Source of the DNA: Dickeya dadantii NCPPB 898 | GTDB taxonomy: Bacteria; Pseudomonadota; Gammaproteobacteria; Enterobacterales; Enterobacteriaceae | Reading direction: 5' to 3' | NCBI RefSeq assembly: GCF_000406145.1 | Contig: NZ_CM001976.1 | Span: 2,625,116 to 2,657,115, forward strand | DNA length: 32,000 nucleotides | Shown: positions 1 to 9,118 of the stretch, in pieces | How positions within the stretch are numbered: position 1 is the first letter of the stretch | Layout of the letters: every line of letters starts with the position of its first letter | The notes under the pieces: generated by a model | What the model was told of the DNA's origin: nothing | Databases searched by the model: none | Seen by the model: the letters and a program-made list of their open reading frames with translations, nothing else | Made by a program: the position numbers and the translations under genes

Positions 1-792
1 CGCGTCGTTGGCGGTTGGATCCAGTACGGCCCGCTGTTTGCCGTCGAGGCGCTGAAAGTTGATTTCAACCGTCTCAATCCGATCAACCAGATCAAGCAAA
101 TGTTCACCATGCGCAAGCTCACCGACATGCTGACCAACATCCTGAAGGCGGCGACCATCGGGCTGGTGTTCTGGCTGGTGGTGATGCCGCAGCTGGAGTG
201 GCTGGTGGAACTGGCTTACGGCGATCTGACCACGTTCTGGAAAGGGGTGGAAAACGTGCTGAAAAGCGTGGCGCGCACCACCCTTTCCGCGTTGCTGGCG
301 TTGGGAGTGCTCGACTTCGGGCTGCAAAAATATTACTTCCTCAAACAGCAGCGCATGAGCCATGAAGATATCCGCAACGAGTTCAAAAACTCGGAAGGCG
401 ACCCGCACATGAAAGGCCATCGTAAATCGGTGGCGCAGGAGATCCTCAACGAACCGGCCAGCCCGCGCGCCAAACCCAAAGTGGAAGACGCCGATCTACT
501 GCTGGTCAACCCGACCCACTACGCGGTGGCGCTGTTCTACCGCCCCGGCAAAACGCCGCTGCCGCGCATCCTGCTCAAGGGCGAAGACGATCAGGCCAAA
601 GCGTTGATTGCCCGCGCCCATCAGGCCGGCGTGCCGGTGATCCGCTTCATCTGGCTGGCGCGCACCCTGTACCGGATACCGGAAGGCCACTACATCCCGC
701 GCGACACCCTGCAACCGGTGGCGCAGGTCTATAAGGTATTACGTCAATTGGAGAAAGGCCTGCCGGCACGCGATGTGATCGAGATGGGTTGA
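1..792 (+). CDS. hrcU: Type III secretion export-apparatus switch protein SctU (HrcU/YscU/FlhB family), 5' end outside window
   Basis: Frame 1 is open from nt 1 (RVVGGWIQYGPLFAVEALKVDFNRLNPINQIKQMF...) and continuous with track ORF 100-792. FlhB/YscU-family C-terminal domain with the NPTH autocleavage motif (LLLVNPTHYAVAL). The N-terminal membrane part lies upstream of the window. Confidence 0.9.
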   Translation, partial: RVVGGWIQYGPLFAVEALKVDFNRLNPINQIKQMFTMRKLTDMLTNILKAATIGLVFWLVVMPQLEWLVELAYGDLTTFWKGVENVLKSVARTTLSALLALGVLDFGLQKYYFLKQQRMSHEDIRNEFKNSEGDPHMKGHRKSVAQEILNEPASPRAKPKVEDADLLLVNPTHYAVALFYRPGKTPLPRILLKGEDDQAKALIARAHQAGVPVIRFIWLARTLYRIPEGHYIPRDTLQPVAQVYKVLRQLEKGLPARDVIEMG

Positions 793-873
793 CCGATACG
801 GCGCTTCGCTGTTTGACGCCCGCGCCTGCTAGACTGCAACCGGGTATCTTTTTAATCGGAGCACGAGGGCAAC

Positions 874-1368
874 ATGGCAGACAAAATTCACCGCTATCAG
901 GTACAGGTCAGTTGGACCGGCAACCAAGGCGCCGGCACCGCCAGCTATCGCGGTTACAGCCGCAATCATGACATCAGCGCGCCGGGCAAGCCGACGCTGC
1001 CCGGCTCATCCGACCCGAGTTTCCGCGGCGACCCCGCGCGCTGGAATCCGGAAGAGCTGCTGGTGGCGTCGCTGTCCGCCTGCCACAAGCTGTGGTATCT
1101 CGGGCTGTGCGCGGGGGCCGGCGTCACGGTGGTGGCCTACGACGACCGGGCGGAAGGAGAAATGGTGGAAGAGGCCGGCGGCGCCGGGCAATTTCTGTCG
1201 GTCACCCTGCGCCCGCGCGTGGTGATCAGCGCCGACAGCGACCCACAGACTGCTCTCGCGTTGCACCATCAGGCCCACGAGATGTGTTTTATTGCCCGCT
1301 CGGTTAACTTTACCGTCACCCACCAGCCGGACATCGTGGTCGATAACCCGTCGTCGTCGCACCGCTAG
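874..1368 (+). CDS. OsmC/Ohr-family peroxiredoxin-like protein
   Basis: 164 aa. Family-typical pair of Cys motifs (SLSACHKLW and HEMCFIARS). GAGGG Shine-Dalgarno a few nt upstream of the ATG. Confidence 0.8.
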   Translation: MADKIHRYQVQVSWTGNQGAGTASYRGYSRNHDISAPGKPTLPGSSDPSFRGDPARWNPEELLVASLSACHKLWYLGLCAGAGVTVVAYDDRAEGEMVEEAGGAGQFLSVTLRPRVVISADSDPQTALALHHQAHEMCFIARSVNFTVTHQPDIVVDNPSSSHR

Positions 1369-1527
1369 CTAGCTCCTGAGCGGCGGCGGCTTTTACCTCT
1401 CGCCGCCTGCGCATCTGCGTAAAGAAAAGCGTTACCCAGTCAAAAATCGTTTCAATATAATCCTGCGCCAGCGTTAAATATTTGCTATCACGGCAGTTAT
1501 TCTCCTTTTACAGATAAAAGTGCGTTT

Positions 1528-2757
1528 ATGTTCAAATCGTTTTTTCCCACCCCCAAACTGTTTTTCTCCTCCGCGCTGATCTGGTCGCTGGTAGCGGTGA
1601 TCATCTGGTATGGCTGGGGGCGTCCGCTGGGCGATAGCCTGCTGCACATCAGCCAGCCGCTGCCGCAGGGCGCGATACGGTTCCTGTCGCCCGCCTTTCT
1701 GTGGTTCTACGGTTACTATCTGCTGTGCGTGGGTCTATTCGCCGGTGCCTGGGCATGGTTAAGTCCACATCCCTGGCAGCGTTGGTCGATTCTTGGCACG
1801 TCGCTGATTATTTTCGTCACCTATTTTTCGGTCGAAGTCGGTGTGGCGGTCAACGACTGGTACGTTCCTTTTTACGATCTGATCCAGAAAGCGTTGAGCG
1901 CACCTAACGCCGTGACGATTCAGGCGTTTTACCAGCAGTTGCTGATTTTCCTCGGTATCGCGCTGACCGCGGTGACCGTCGGCGTGCTGAACCTGTTTTT
2001 CGTCAGCCATTACGTGTTCCGCTGGCGTACCGCCATGAACGACTACTACACCTCGCACTGGCAAGCGTTGCGCCACATTGAAGGGGCGGCGCAGCGTATT
2101 CAGGAAGACACCATGCGTTTCGCTTCCACCGTGGAAAGCCTGGGGGTCGATTTGGTGAAATCGCTGATGACGTTGATCGCCTTCTTACCGGTGCTGGTCA
2201 GCCTCTCTTCTCACGTCAAATCGCTGCCGCTGATCGGCGAGATTCCCTACGGCCTGGTGATTGCCGCTGTCATTTGGTCGCTGGCAGGTACCGGCGTGCT
2301 GGCGCTGATCGGCATCAAACTGCCGGGGCTGGAATTCAATAATCAGCGGGTGGAAGCCGCCTACCGTAAAGAGCTGGTGTATGGCGAGGATGACGCCAGC
2401 CGCGCCGCGCCGCCTACGGTAAAACAGCTGTTTGGCAACGTGCGGAAAAACTATTTCCGCCTTTACTTCCATTACACCTACTTCAACATCGCGCGGGTGC
2501 TTTATCTGCAAACAGACAATATCTTTGGCATCATCATGCTGTTGCCATCGATCGTCGCAGGCAGCCTGACGCTCGGCCTGATGACGCAGATCACCAACGT
2601 GTTCGATCAGGTGCGCGGCTCGTTCCAGTACCTGATCAACTCCTGGACCACCATCGTGGAACTGATGTCGATTTATAAACGTCTGCGCAGTTTCGAATCG
2701 GTAATTCAGGATGTGCCGATGACCACCGACGCCGCGGATGCCACTTCCGGCGCCTGA
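1528..2757 (+). CDS. sbmA: Peptide antibiotic/microcin transporter SbmA (BacA family inner-membrane protein)
   Basis: 409 aa, collinear with E. coli SbmA as I recall it (MFKSFFP..., [64 protein letters not shown]). Confidence 0.92.
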   Translation: MFKSFFPTPKLFFSSALIWSLVAVIIWYGWGRPLGDSLLHISQPLPQGAIRFLSPAFLWFYGYYLLCVGLFAGAWAWLSPHPWQRWSILGTSLIIFVTYFSVEVGVAVNDWYVPFYDLIQKALSAPNAVTIQAFYQQLLIFLGIALTAVTVGVLNLFFVSHYVFRWRTAMNDYYTSHWQALRHIEGAAQRIQEDTMRFASTVESLGVDLVKSLMTLIAFLPVLVSLSSHVKSLPLIGEIPYGLVIAAVIWSLAGTGVLALIGIKLPGLEFNNQRVEAAYRKELVYGEDDASRAAPPTVKQLFGNVRKNYFRLYFHYTYFNIARVLYLQTDNIFGIIMLLPSIVAGSLTLGLMTQITNVFDQVRGSFQYLINSWTTIVELMSIYKRLRSFESVIQDVPMTTDAADATSGA

Positions 2758-3038
2758 CGGACGCATTCCCTTTCCACGCTGCCGGTGCGACGAGGTATCA
2801 ACCCCACGCACCGGCGGATTCAGACAGACGCCAGCATCCAGCCATGTTTGAACCGGCGCCTGACCTATTCTCCCCTTTGCCTACGCCTTGCATCCGCGTC
2901 GTCGTCGGCGCCATCATACGACAGAGTTTGATCTCACTCGCCCCGTCATGCGCGCCTTCCCTGCCGTTCGAACTATCTGGGTGTATGCCTGGACGTCCCG
3001 ACGAGTAAACAGCAAGCAGAGCATTATTTTTCGGCAGC

Positions 3039-3100
3039 ATACCCGTCATACTTCACGTTGCAGGTGCGTTGGCTTTATTACTCGAATTATTTTGGGTATA
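3039..3100. repeat. Short (internally deleted) ERIC / intergenic repeat unit element
   Basis: Reverse complement reads TATACCCAAAATAATTCGAGT-aata-AAGCCAACGCACCTGCAACGTGAAGTATGACGGGTAT. These are both termini of the enterobacterial repetitive intergenic consensus as I recall it, with the central ~65 bp (the ERIC1R/ERIC2 primer region) missing. Terminal inverted ATACCC...GGGTAT. Confidence 0.7.
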
Positions 3101-3225
3101 GATGAAATGAAAAAATATGACTTAGTGCCGCCATCTGGAAATAATTTTTTGAATAAGTAATAAGAAACGGCAATTCTCCCGCCCCAATTAACTAGTACAC
3201 GAAATCATTTAACAGACTCTGAACA

Positions 3226-3268
3226 GAATAAAAATACGTAAGATCGAATCTGGAATAAAAAACGTAAA
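3226..3268 (+). repeat. Imperfect 16-nt direct repeat (GAATAAAAATACGTAA / GAATAAAAAACGTAAA, 27 bp apart) in the MCP upstream region
   Basis: Read directly at 3226-3241 and 3253-3268, in AT-rich non-coding DNA about 190-230 bp upstream of the 3455 start codon. Function unknown. Confidence 0.4.
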
Positions 3269-3312
3269 CAGTGCGTTATTTCATTATGTCGCTAGCTGTT
3301 TATGTTTAAAAA

Positions 3313-3334
3313 AAATGTGATAACATTCACAGGT
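3313..3334. promoter_or_regulatory. Candidate cAMP-CRP binding site upstream of the first MCP gene
   Basis: AAATGTGATAACATTCACAGGT. The core TGTGA-N6-TCACA (3316-3331) is a perfect match to the CRP consensus half-sites and spacing. It is flanked by A- and T-tracts and centred ~131 bp upstream of ATG 3455. Confidence 0.55.
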
Positions 3335-3454
3335 TTTTTCTCTTCGCTGAAAAAACCCCATCTTCTAATTTTTAAAAAAAACATGGATGTTAACAGATGG
3401 TTAGCCTCTGTTGATCTTGCATTATCGACACATTTAGCCCCATAGGAAGCCTTA

Positions 3455-5428
3455 ATGAATACAATTCTGCATACCTATAACAATCTGAAGGTTGGTATTA
3501 AGCTAGCGATAGGGTTTGGACTGATTTTGATCATGTCCGCCTTCATCATGCTATCGGGAGTTAATGGTTTTCGTAATATTGACGCGTATGTCAATAAATC
3601 CATTATCAGTAATGATATTAATAATAACCTGAACGATGCCAGACGAGCCCGACTCAGTTTTCAGTATACCCATGACTACACCGCGATTAATAAAGTCGGC
3701 GACCTGATGGTAAAAGTCGGCCAGTCGCTGAATCAGGCCAACCAGTTGACCTGGAGCCCCGATGCGCAGAACTTACTGAATCAGCTCAATGACGCCTACA
3801 AAAAATATCTCCCCGGACGGGAAGCGCTGCTTAAAGCCAGTCAGCAGCGCGATGTCGTTGCGCAAAAACTGAATCAGGACAGCAGCGCCGACGTGCTCAA
3901 TACACTGCGTACTCAATTCAGCAACAATGCGATAGCGCCGGAATTACGGCTGGAATTTAGCACGCTGTTCGAACAACTGTCGGAAATTCGCGACCTGACG
4001 CATGAGTTGTTACTGCAACCGTCCCCTCAGGCCGAGTCCAATCTGCGCAAAGCCCTTGGCAACACTCAGACCGCATTCAATCAAGCCCTGCCCAAATTCA
4101 GCGCGGAGCAGCAAGGGTGGCTGAACCAGGCCTGGCGCTTTTTCTCCACCTACAACGGCTACATTGACGATTATATGAGCGCCTTCCGGGATGAAAACGC
4201 CGCCACCAGTACCATGACCGGCGCGGCGACCATTCTGGATAACGCCTCCACCGATTTGTATGCAAGCCAACTGTCGCTGGTCAGCGCCACCACCACCAGC
4301 TCGCAGTGGCAGCTGTTGTTCACCGGTCTGGTGATTATCGCTATCGGGGTACTGATGGCCTGGCGCATCACCCTGCAAATTACCCGTCCGTTGCATCAGA
4401 GCCTGTCGCTGGCGGAACGGATTGCGCAAGGCGATCTGACCGCCTCGATTAACGTTACCCGCCGCGATGAGCTGGGGATGCTGATGTCCGCCATGGCGGC
4501 CATGAACCACAAACTGCGCGAGATGATCGGCGAAATCCGTGAGGGAGTGAGCAACGTGGCGTCCGCCGCGTCGGAAATCGCCGCCGGCAACACCGATCTC
4601 TCCTCCCGCACCGAGCAACAGTCGGCCGCGGTAGTAGAAACCGCCGCCAGCATGGAGCAATTGACCTCCACGGTGAAGCAGAACGCCGACAACGCACATC
4701 ACGCCTCGCAGCTGGCGGCCGATGCGTCAGGCAACGCCACCAAAGGCGGCGAGATCGTCACCAACGTGGTGAGCACCATGAACGAGATCGCCACCAGTTC
4801 CCGCCGCATTTCCGAAATCACCTCCGTCATTAACGGCATTGCCTTCCAGACCAACATTCTGGCGCTCAACGCCGCGGTGGAAGCGGCGCGCGCCGGCGAA
4901 CAGGGCCGTGGTTTCGCGGTAGTGGCCGGCGAGGTACGCAATCTGGCCCAGCGCAGCGCCCAGGCCGCCAAAGAGATCGAAACGCTGATCGGCGAGTCGG
5001 TCACCCGGGTGAACACCGGCTCCACGCTGGTGGAGAGCGCCGGTAAAACCATGGACGAGATTATCCGCTCCATCTCCCATGTGCATGACATCATGGACGA
5101 GATCGCGTCGGCCTCTGACGAGCAGAGCCGCGGCATCAACCAGATCTCCACCGCGGTCGCCGAAATGGACGCCACCACCCAGCAGAATGCCGCGCTGGTG
5201 GAAGAGTCTTCCGCGGCGGCCAATTCGCTGGAAGAGCAGGCGCAAACGCTGGAGCATGCGGTATCGGTGTTCCGTCTCGGTAACAACGAAGCGGCACCGC
5301 GCGCCAGCCTCAGCGCCGGCAAACCGCTGAAACTGACGACATCCGCCGCTAAAGCGACCTCGGCCGCCAAAACCACCGCATTGAGCCGCCCTGCGGCCAA
5401 CGGCAAAGATGACTGGGAGTCGTTCTAA
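3455..5428 (+). CDS. Methyl-accepting chemotaxis protein (large helical periplasmic sensor, HAMP, MA domain, C-terminal xWxxF pentapeptide)
   Basis: 657 aa. Layout: TM1 (about res 13-36), ~250-aa periplasmic region, TM2, HAMP, then the signalling domain with invariant hairpin ([46 protein letters not shown]). Ala/Ser/Pro-rich tail ends in DWESF (cf. NWETF of Tar/Tsr, the CheR/CheB tether). AGGAAG SD before the ATG. Confidence 0.93.
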   Translation: MNTILHTYNNLKVGIKLAIGFGLILIMSAFIMLSGVNGFRNIDAYVNKSIISNDINNNLNDARRARLSFQYTHDYTAINKVGDLMVKVGQSLNQANQLTWSPDAQNLLNQLNDAYKKYLPGREALLKASQQRDVVAQKLNQDSSADVLNTLRTQFSNNAIAPELRLEFSTLFEQLSEIRDLTHELLLQPSPQAESNLRKALGNTQTAFNQALPKFSAEQQGWLNQAWRFFSTYNGYIDDYMSAFRDENAATSTMTGAATILDNASTDLYASQLSLVSATTTSSQWQLLFTGLVIIAIGVLMAWRITLQITRPLHQSLSLAERIAQGDLTASINVTRRDELGMLMSAMAAMNHKLREMIGEIREGVSNVASAASEIAAGNTDLSSRTEQQSAAVVETAASMEQLTSTVKQNADNAHHASQLAADASGNATKGGEIVTNVVSTMNEIATSSRRISEITSVINGIAFQTNILALNAAVEAARAGEQGRGFAVVAGEVRNLAQRSAQAAKEIETLIGESVTRVNTGSTLVESAGKTMDEIIRSISHVHDIMDEIASASDEQSRGINQISTAVAEMDATTQQNAALVEESSAAANSLEEQAQTLEHAVSVFRLGNNEAAPRASLSAGKPLKLTTSAAKATSAAKTTALSRPAANGKDDWESF

Positions 5429-5448
5429 CCGATTTTAACCACGGACAA

Positions 5449-5487
5449 TACAGCATGGCGATATACGGCCATGCTGTATTTATTTTA
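5449..5487 (+). terminator. Rho-independent terminator of the first MCP gene
   Basis: Perfect 11-bp stem TACAGCATGGC / GCCATGCTGTA (5449-5459 / 5468-5478), 8-nt loop, followed by TTTATTTTA. Lies 21 nt after the stop codon. Confidence 0.85.
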
Positions 5488-5949
5488 TGCATGCCGCTAC
5501 GGTCTTTAATCTCCCGCCCCTTTCCCGGCAGTATTATTCTGACATGCACAAACTTTCTTTCCGGCTAAACGCACGTCCGAAATTATCCCTGCATGTTGTC
5601 GTTCCGCATTATTACGTTTTTATGTCGGTCATTTAAAAAACGAATGACGCATTAATCATGACGGTCCGTTCTTTCAATAAGCTGATTGATAATATCACTG
5701 TAGAATATTACGATGCGGAAACATAATTTTTACATTATCTTTCCCTGTGCTGAGGATGAGGTTATGATGTCCGCAGCAGTAACGACCGTTTGATAAAACG
5801 ACGGTATCACCATCGACTATCCTATAACTAACAGCAATAAAACATGGCTTCAGCACTCACTCCCTGAAGCGCTCATGCATTGATATGTTCAATTCGTTTT
5901 TTTTGTTTTCCCCATCACTACCCTGGTAAATCAAAAAAAGGAAGGCCCA

Positions 5950-7905
5950 ATGAAGACTGTTTTTGGCGCTTATAACAATTTCAGAGTCGGTGTGAAGCTG
6001 GCGATGGGATTCGGACTGATATTATTAATGGCGGCGATAATCATGCTGTCAGGGATCAATGGCTTTCAAAATATTGACGCGTACTCCCAAAAGTCCATTA
6101 TCAGCAATAATATTAACAGCTATCTGGAAGAAGCCCGGCGGGAGCGTCTGCGCTTCCAATATACCCACGATTATGCGGCTATTAATAAAAACGGCGAACT
6201 GCTGAATAAAATGACGCAATCGCTGAATGTCGCCCAGACAATGAAATGGGATGCGGACACCCGTATTCTGCTGGATAAGATTATCCAGTCCGGCAAGGAA
6301 TATAATGTCGCGCGGGAAAACCTGATCAGCGCCAGCCAAAAGCGGGACGCTATCGGTCAAAAACTGTCGCAGGATACCATCGGTAAAGTGATTGATACCC
6401 TGCGCGGACAATTCGATGCCGCCACGCTGCCGGCGGAATTACGGCTGGAGTTTATGTACATCAACGAGGGACTGTCGGATATCAAAGATACGGCCCATGA
6501 ACTGACGTTGATGCCCTCCGCCGAAACCGAAGCGGCGCTTCGCAAAGCGTTGAGTACCGCGCAACATGCCATCACGCAGGCGCTGTCAAAATACAGCGCG
6601 GAACAGCAGGCCTGGTTGAATCAGGCCTGGCAGCTTTTCGCCACCTACAACGGGGATATCACCCTTTACATGGCGGCCTATCAGGAAGAGAACGCGGCGT
6701 CTCAGCGCATGGCGGATATCGCGCTGGTTCTTAACCAGTCGGCGACCCAGCTCTACCAAACCCAGTTAGACAAGGTGGATAACATTACCCGCCAGTCGCA
6801 ATACGAACAGTGGATCATCGGGCTGGCGATTATCGCCCTCGGCGTGCTGATGGCCTGGCGCATCACCCTGCAACTTACCCGCCCGCTGCGTCAGAGCCTG
6901 TCGCTGGCGGAGCGGATCGCCCAGGGCGACCTGACCGCGTCCATCACCGTCACCCGTAAAGATGAGCTGGGCCAGTTGATGTCGGCGATGAATGCAATGA
7001 ACCACAAGCTGCGCGATATGATCGGCACTATCCGCGAAGGGGTGAACAACGTGGCGTCCGCCGCGTCGGAAATCGCCGCCGGCAACACCGATCTCTCCTC
7101 CCGCACCGAACAGCAGTCGGCCGCGGTGGTAGAAACCGCCGCCAGCATGGAACAACTGACCTCCACGGTGAAGCAGAACGCCGACAACGCGCATCACGCC
7201 TCGCAACTGGCGGCCGATGCGTCAGGCAACGCCACCAAAGGCGGCGAGATCGTCACCAACGTGGTGAGCACCATGAACGAGATCGCCACCAGTTCCCGCC
7301 GCATTTCCGAAATCACTTCCGTCATCAACGGCATCGCCTTCCAGACCAACATTCTGGCGCTCAACGCCGCGGTGGAAGCGGCGCGCGCCGGCGAACAGGG
7401 CCGTGGCTTCGCGGTAGTGGCCGGCGAGGTGCGCAATCTGGCTCAGCGCAGCGCCCAGGCCGCCAAAGAGATCGAAACGCTGATCGGCGAGTCGGTCATC
7501 CGGGTGAACACCGGCTCCACGCAGGTGGAAAGCGCCGGTAAAACCATGGCCGAGATCATCCGCTCCATCGCCCATGTGCATGACATTATGGGTGAAATCG
7601 CCTCTGCGTCCGACGAACAGAGCCGCGGCATCAACCAGATTTCCAACGCGATAGCCGAAATGGACGCCACCACCCAGCAGAACGCCGCGCTGGTGGAAGA
7701 ATCCTCCGCGGCGGCCAATTCGCTGGAAGAGCAGGCGCAGGCGCTGGAACAGGCTGTCTCGATATTCCGCCTCGGCCATGACGACAACCATCGCCCTACC
7801 CGCTCCGCGCACAAACCCGGCGCCGTCAGCGCTAAAAAACCGCTGATGCTGGCCGGCGCCGGAGCGGGCGCCCGCTCCGGCAACGACGAGTGGGAGTCGT
7901 TCTAA
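5950..7905 (+). CDS. Methyl-accepting chemotaxis protein, tandem paralogue of 3455-5428
   Basis: 651 aa, same architecture as the first MCP. Sensor region ~50% identical to the first MCP (by eye). The signalling domain is protein-identical for ~150 aa. Tail ends in EWESF. AGGAAGG SD before the ATG. Confidence 0.93.
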   Translation: MKTVFGAYNNFRVGVKLAMGFGLILLMAAIIMLSGINGFQNIDAYSQKSIISNNINSYLEEARRERLRFQYTHDYAAINKNGELLNKMTQSLNVAQTMKWDADTRILLDKIIQSGKEYNVARENLISASQKRDAIGQKLSQDTIGKVIDTLRGQFDAATLPAELRLEFMYINEGLSDIKDTAHELTLMPSAETEAALRKALSTAQHAITQALSKYSAEQQAWLNQAWQLFATYNGDITLYMAAYQEENAASQRMADIALVLNQSATQLYQTQLDKVDNITRQSQYEQWIIGLAIIALGVLMAWRITLQLTRPLRQSLSLAERIAQGDLTASITVTRKDELGQLMSAMNAMNHKLRDMIGTIREGVNNVASAASEIAAGNTDLSSRTEQQSAAVVETAASMEQLTSTVKQNADNAHHASQLAADASGNATKGGEIVTNVVSTMNEIATSSRRISEITSVINGIAFQTNILALNAAVEAARAGEQGRGFAVVAGEVRNLAQRSAQAAKEIETLIGESVIRVNTGSTQVESAGKTMAEIIRSIAHVHDIMGEIASASDEQSRGINQISNAIAEMDATTQQNAALVEESSAAANSLEEQAQALEQAVSIFRLGHDDNHRPTRSAHKPGAVSAKKPLMLAGAGAGARSGNDEWESF

Positions 7906-7921
7906 ACCGTTAATTCTGCCT

Positions 7922-7950
7922 CGTTATGGCGGGCGTCGCCCGCCATAACG
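7922..7950 (+). terminator. GC-rich hairpin after the second MCP gene (probable terminator)
   Basis: 13-bp perfect stem CGTTATGGCGGGC / GCCCGCCATAACG with a 3-nt loop, 17 nt after the stop. The downstream T-tract is weak (TGTCGTGCCCTTCGTTTT). Confidence 0.5.
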
Positions 7951-8180
7951 TGTCGTGCCCTTCGTTTTACCACCCAGCGCATAAGCTCAGTCACTCTTCG
8001 CATTTAATGTCGCGCCGATTTCCTGCAATACTGCCCGCACGCGCAATCATCATGTTAATGATATTAAAGCATTATTTATGAAACAAGCCGATGTCGCGCG
8101 TGGTGTTCACCTTTTATCTCTTGATTCATTCAACGCCTGGTTTTATCGGAGGATAAGCGGCGTAGTCGGGCCGACACCGG

Positions 8181-8234
8181 CACGTAACATCCACTGGGCA
8201 CGTAACATCCACTGGACACGTAACATCCCTCTGA
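8181..8234 (+). repeat. 18-bp tandem array, about 2.7 copies (CACGTAACATCCACTGGG / CACGTAACATCCACTGGA / CACGTAACATCCctctga)
   Basis: Read directly. Copies at 8181-8198, 8199-8216 and 8217-8234 (last copy identical for its first 12 nt). Ends 35 bp upstream of SBP start codon 8269. Confidence 0.9.
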
Positions 8235-8268
8235 TACAGGCGCTTAACCATTCACACACGGGGACATT

Positions 8269-9099
8269 ATGCATTTATCTTTTCGCACCATGATTGCCGC
8301 GCTGGCGCTGGCCGCCGCGCCCTGGCTGGCTCAGGCCGAAGCGCCGGCCTCTACCTGGCAACACATCAAACAGACCGGTGAACTGCGTATCGGCGTGGCG
8401 CAGGGTGAACCCTGGTATTTCAAGAACGCGGCGACCGGCGAATGGGACGGTATCGGCTATCAGGTCGGTAAGGTGCTGGCGAAAGACCTCGGGGTCAAAC
8501 TGGTGACGGTGGAAACCACCTGGGGCAACGCGGTCGCCGCGCTGCAAACCGGCCAGATCGACACCATGCTGGTGCTTGACCCCACCGAGGAGCGCAAGAA
8601 AGCGGTCGACTTTCCCGAGCAGCCGTTCTTCTGGTATGCCCAGGGCGTGCTGGTGCGCGACGGCATCAGCGTCGCCGACTGGGAAGACCTCAATCGGCCG
8701 GATGTCAAAATCGGCGTCACGCTGGGGTCCAGCCCGGACCTGCTGCTGACCAAAAACCTGCCGAAAGCGCAGCTGGTGCGTTTCCCCAACATGGATGAAG
8801 GCGTGGCGGCGTTTTATGCCGGACGGGTGGATGCATTGTCTTATTTCCATCCGGCGCTGGCGCTGCAACAGGCCAAAGTCGGCAAAGGCAACCTGATCCT
8901 GCCGAAGCCGATCGTGGCGGTCAGCACCAGCGGCGCCATCCGCAAGGAAAGCGACCAGGCGTTCCACCAGTTCCTCAACGACGAATTCGGCAAGCTCTAT
9001 CAGTCCGGGCAGATTCAGCAGTTCTACGAGCAGGCGTTACAAGCGCGCGGCGTGGATATCAGCAAGGTGCCGCCGGTAATCCGCGAGGCGTGGAAATAA
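8269..9099 (+). CDS. Polar amino-acid ABC transporter substrate-binding protein (SBP family 3), secreted
   Basis: 276 aa. Signal peptide MHLSFRTMIAALALAAAPWLAQA/EAP. Typical family-3 SBP layout (ELRIGV..., GYQVGKVLAKDLGVKLV, IDTMLV). Confidence 0.88.
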   Translation: MHLSFRTMIAALALAAAPWLAQAEAPASTWQHIKQTGELRIGVAQGEPWYFKNAATGEWDGIGYQVGKVLAKDLGVKLVTVETTWGNAVAALQTGQIDTMLVLDPTEERKKAVDFPEQPFFWYAQGVLVRDGISVADWEDLNRPDVKIGVTLGSSPDLLLTKNLPKAQLVRFPNMDEGVAAFYAGRVDALSYFHPALALQQAKVGKGNLILPKPIVAVSTSGAIRKESDQAFHQFLNDEFGKLYQSGQIQQFYEQALQARGVDISKVPPVIREAWK

Positions 9100-9118
9100 C
9101 CGGCGCGATCGGGGAACG

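Noticed and set aside
2798-3160. Track ORFs 2798-3049(-) and 2888-3160(+) in the sbmA-MCP spacer
   Set aside because: Overlapping ORFs on opposite strands, with no SD and no recognisable similarity. One runs through the ERIC element. This is more likely relic or non-coding DNA.
5764-5793. 9-codon mini-ORF (MMSAAVTTV) with a strong GAGGATGAGG SD between the two MCP genes, a possible leader peptide
   Set aside because: No adjacent alternative hairpins/attenuator structure or regulatory codon run that would support a leader-peptide mechanism. It could be chance.
7990-8070. Fur-box-like AT-rich stretch (GTTAATGATATTAAAGCAT, about 11/19 to consensus) upstream of the amino-acid SBP gene
   Set aside because: Weak match in generally AT-rich DNA with no iron-related gene downstream. 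Not distinguishable from chance by eye.
8181-8234. CRISPR-like array or coding repeat (track ORF 8078-8293 reads ARNIHWARNIHWTRNI through it)
   Set aside because: The units are contiguous with no spacers and only ~2.7 copies. The 71-aa ORF has no SD, overlaps the SBP start and exists only because the repeat lacks stops in that frame.
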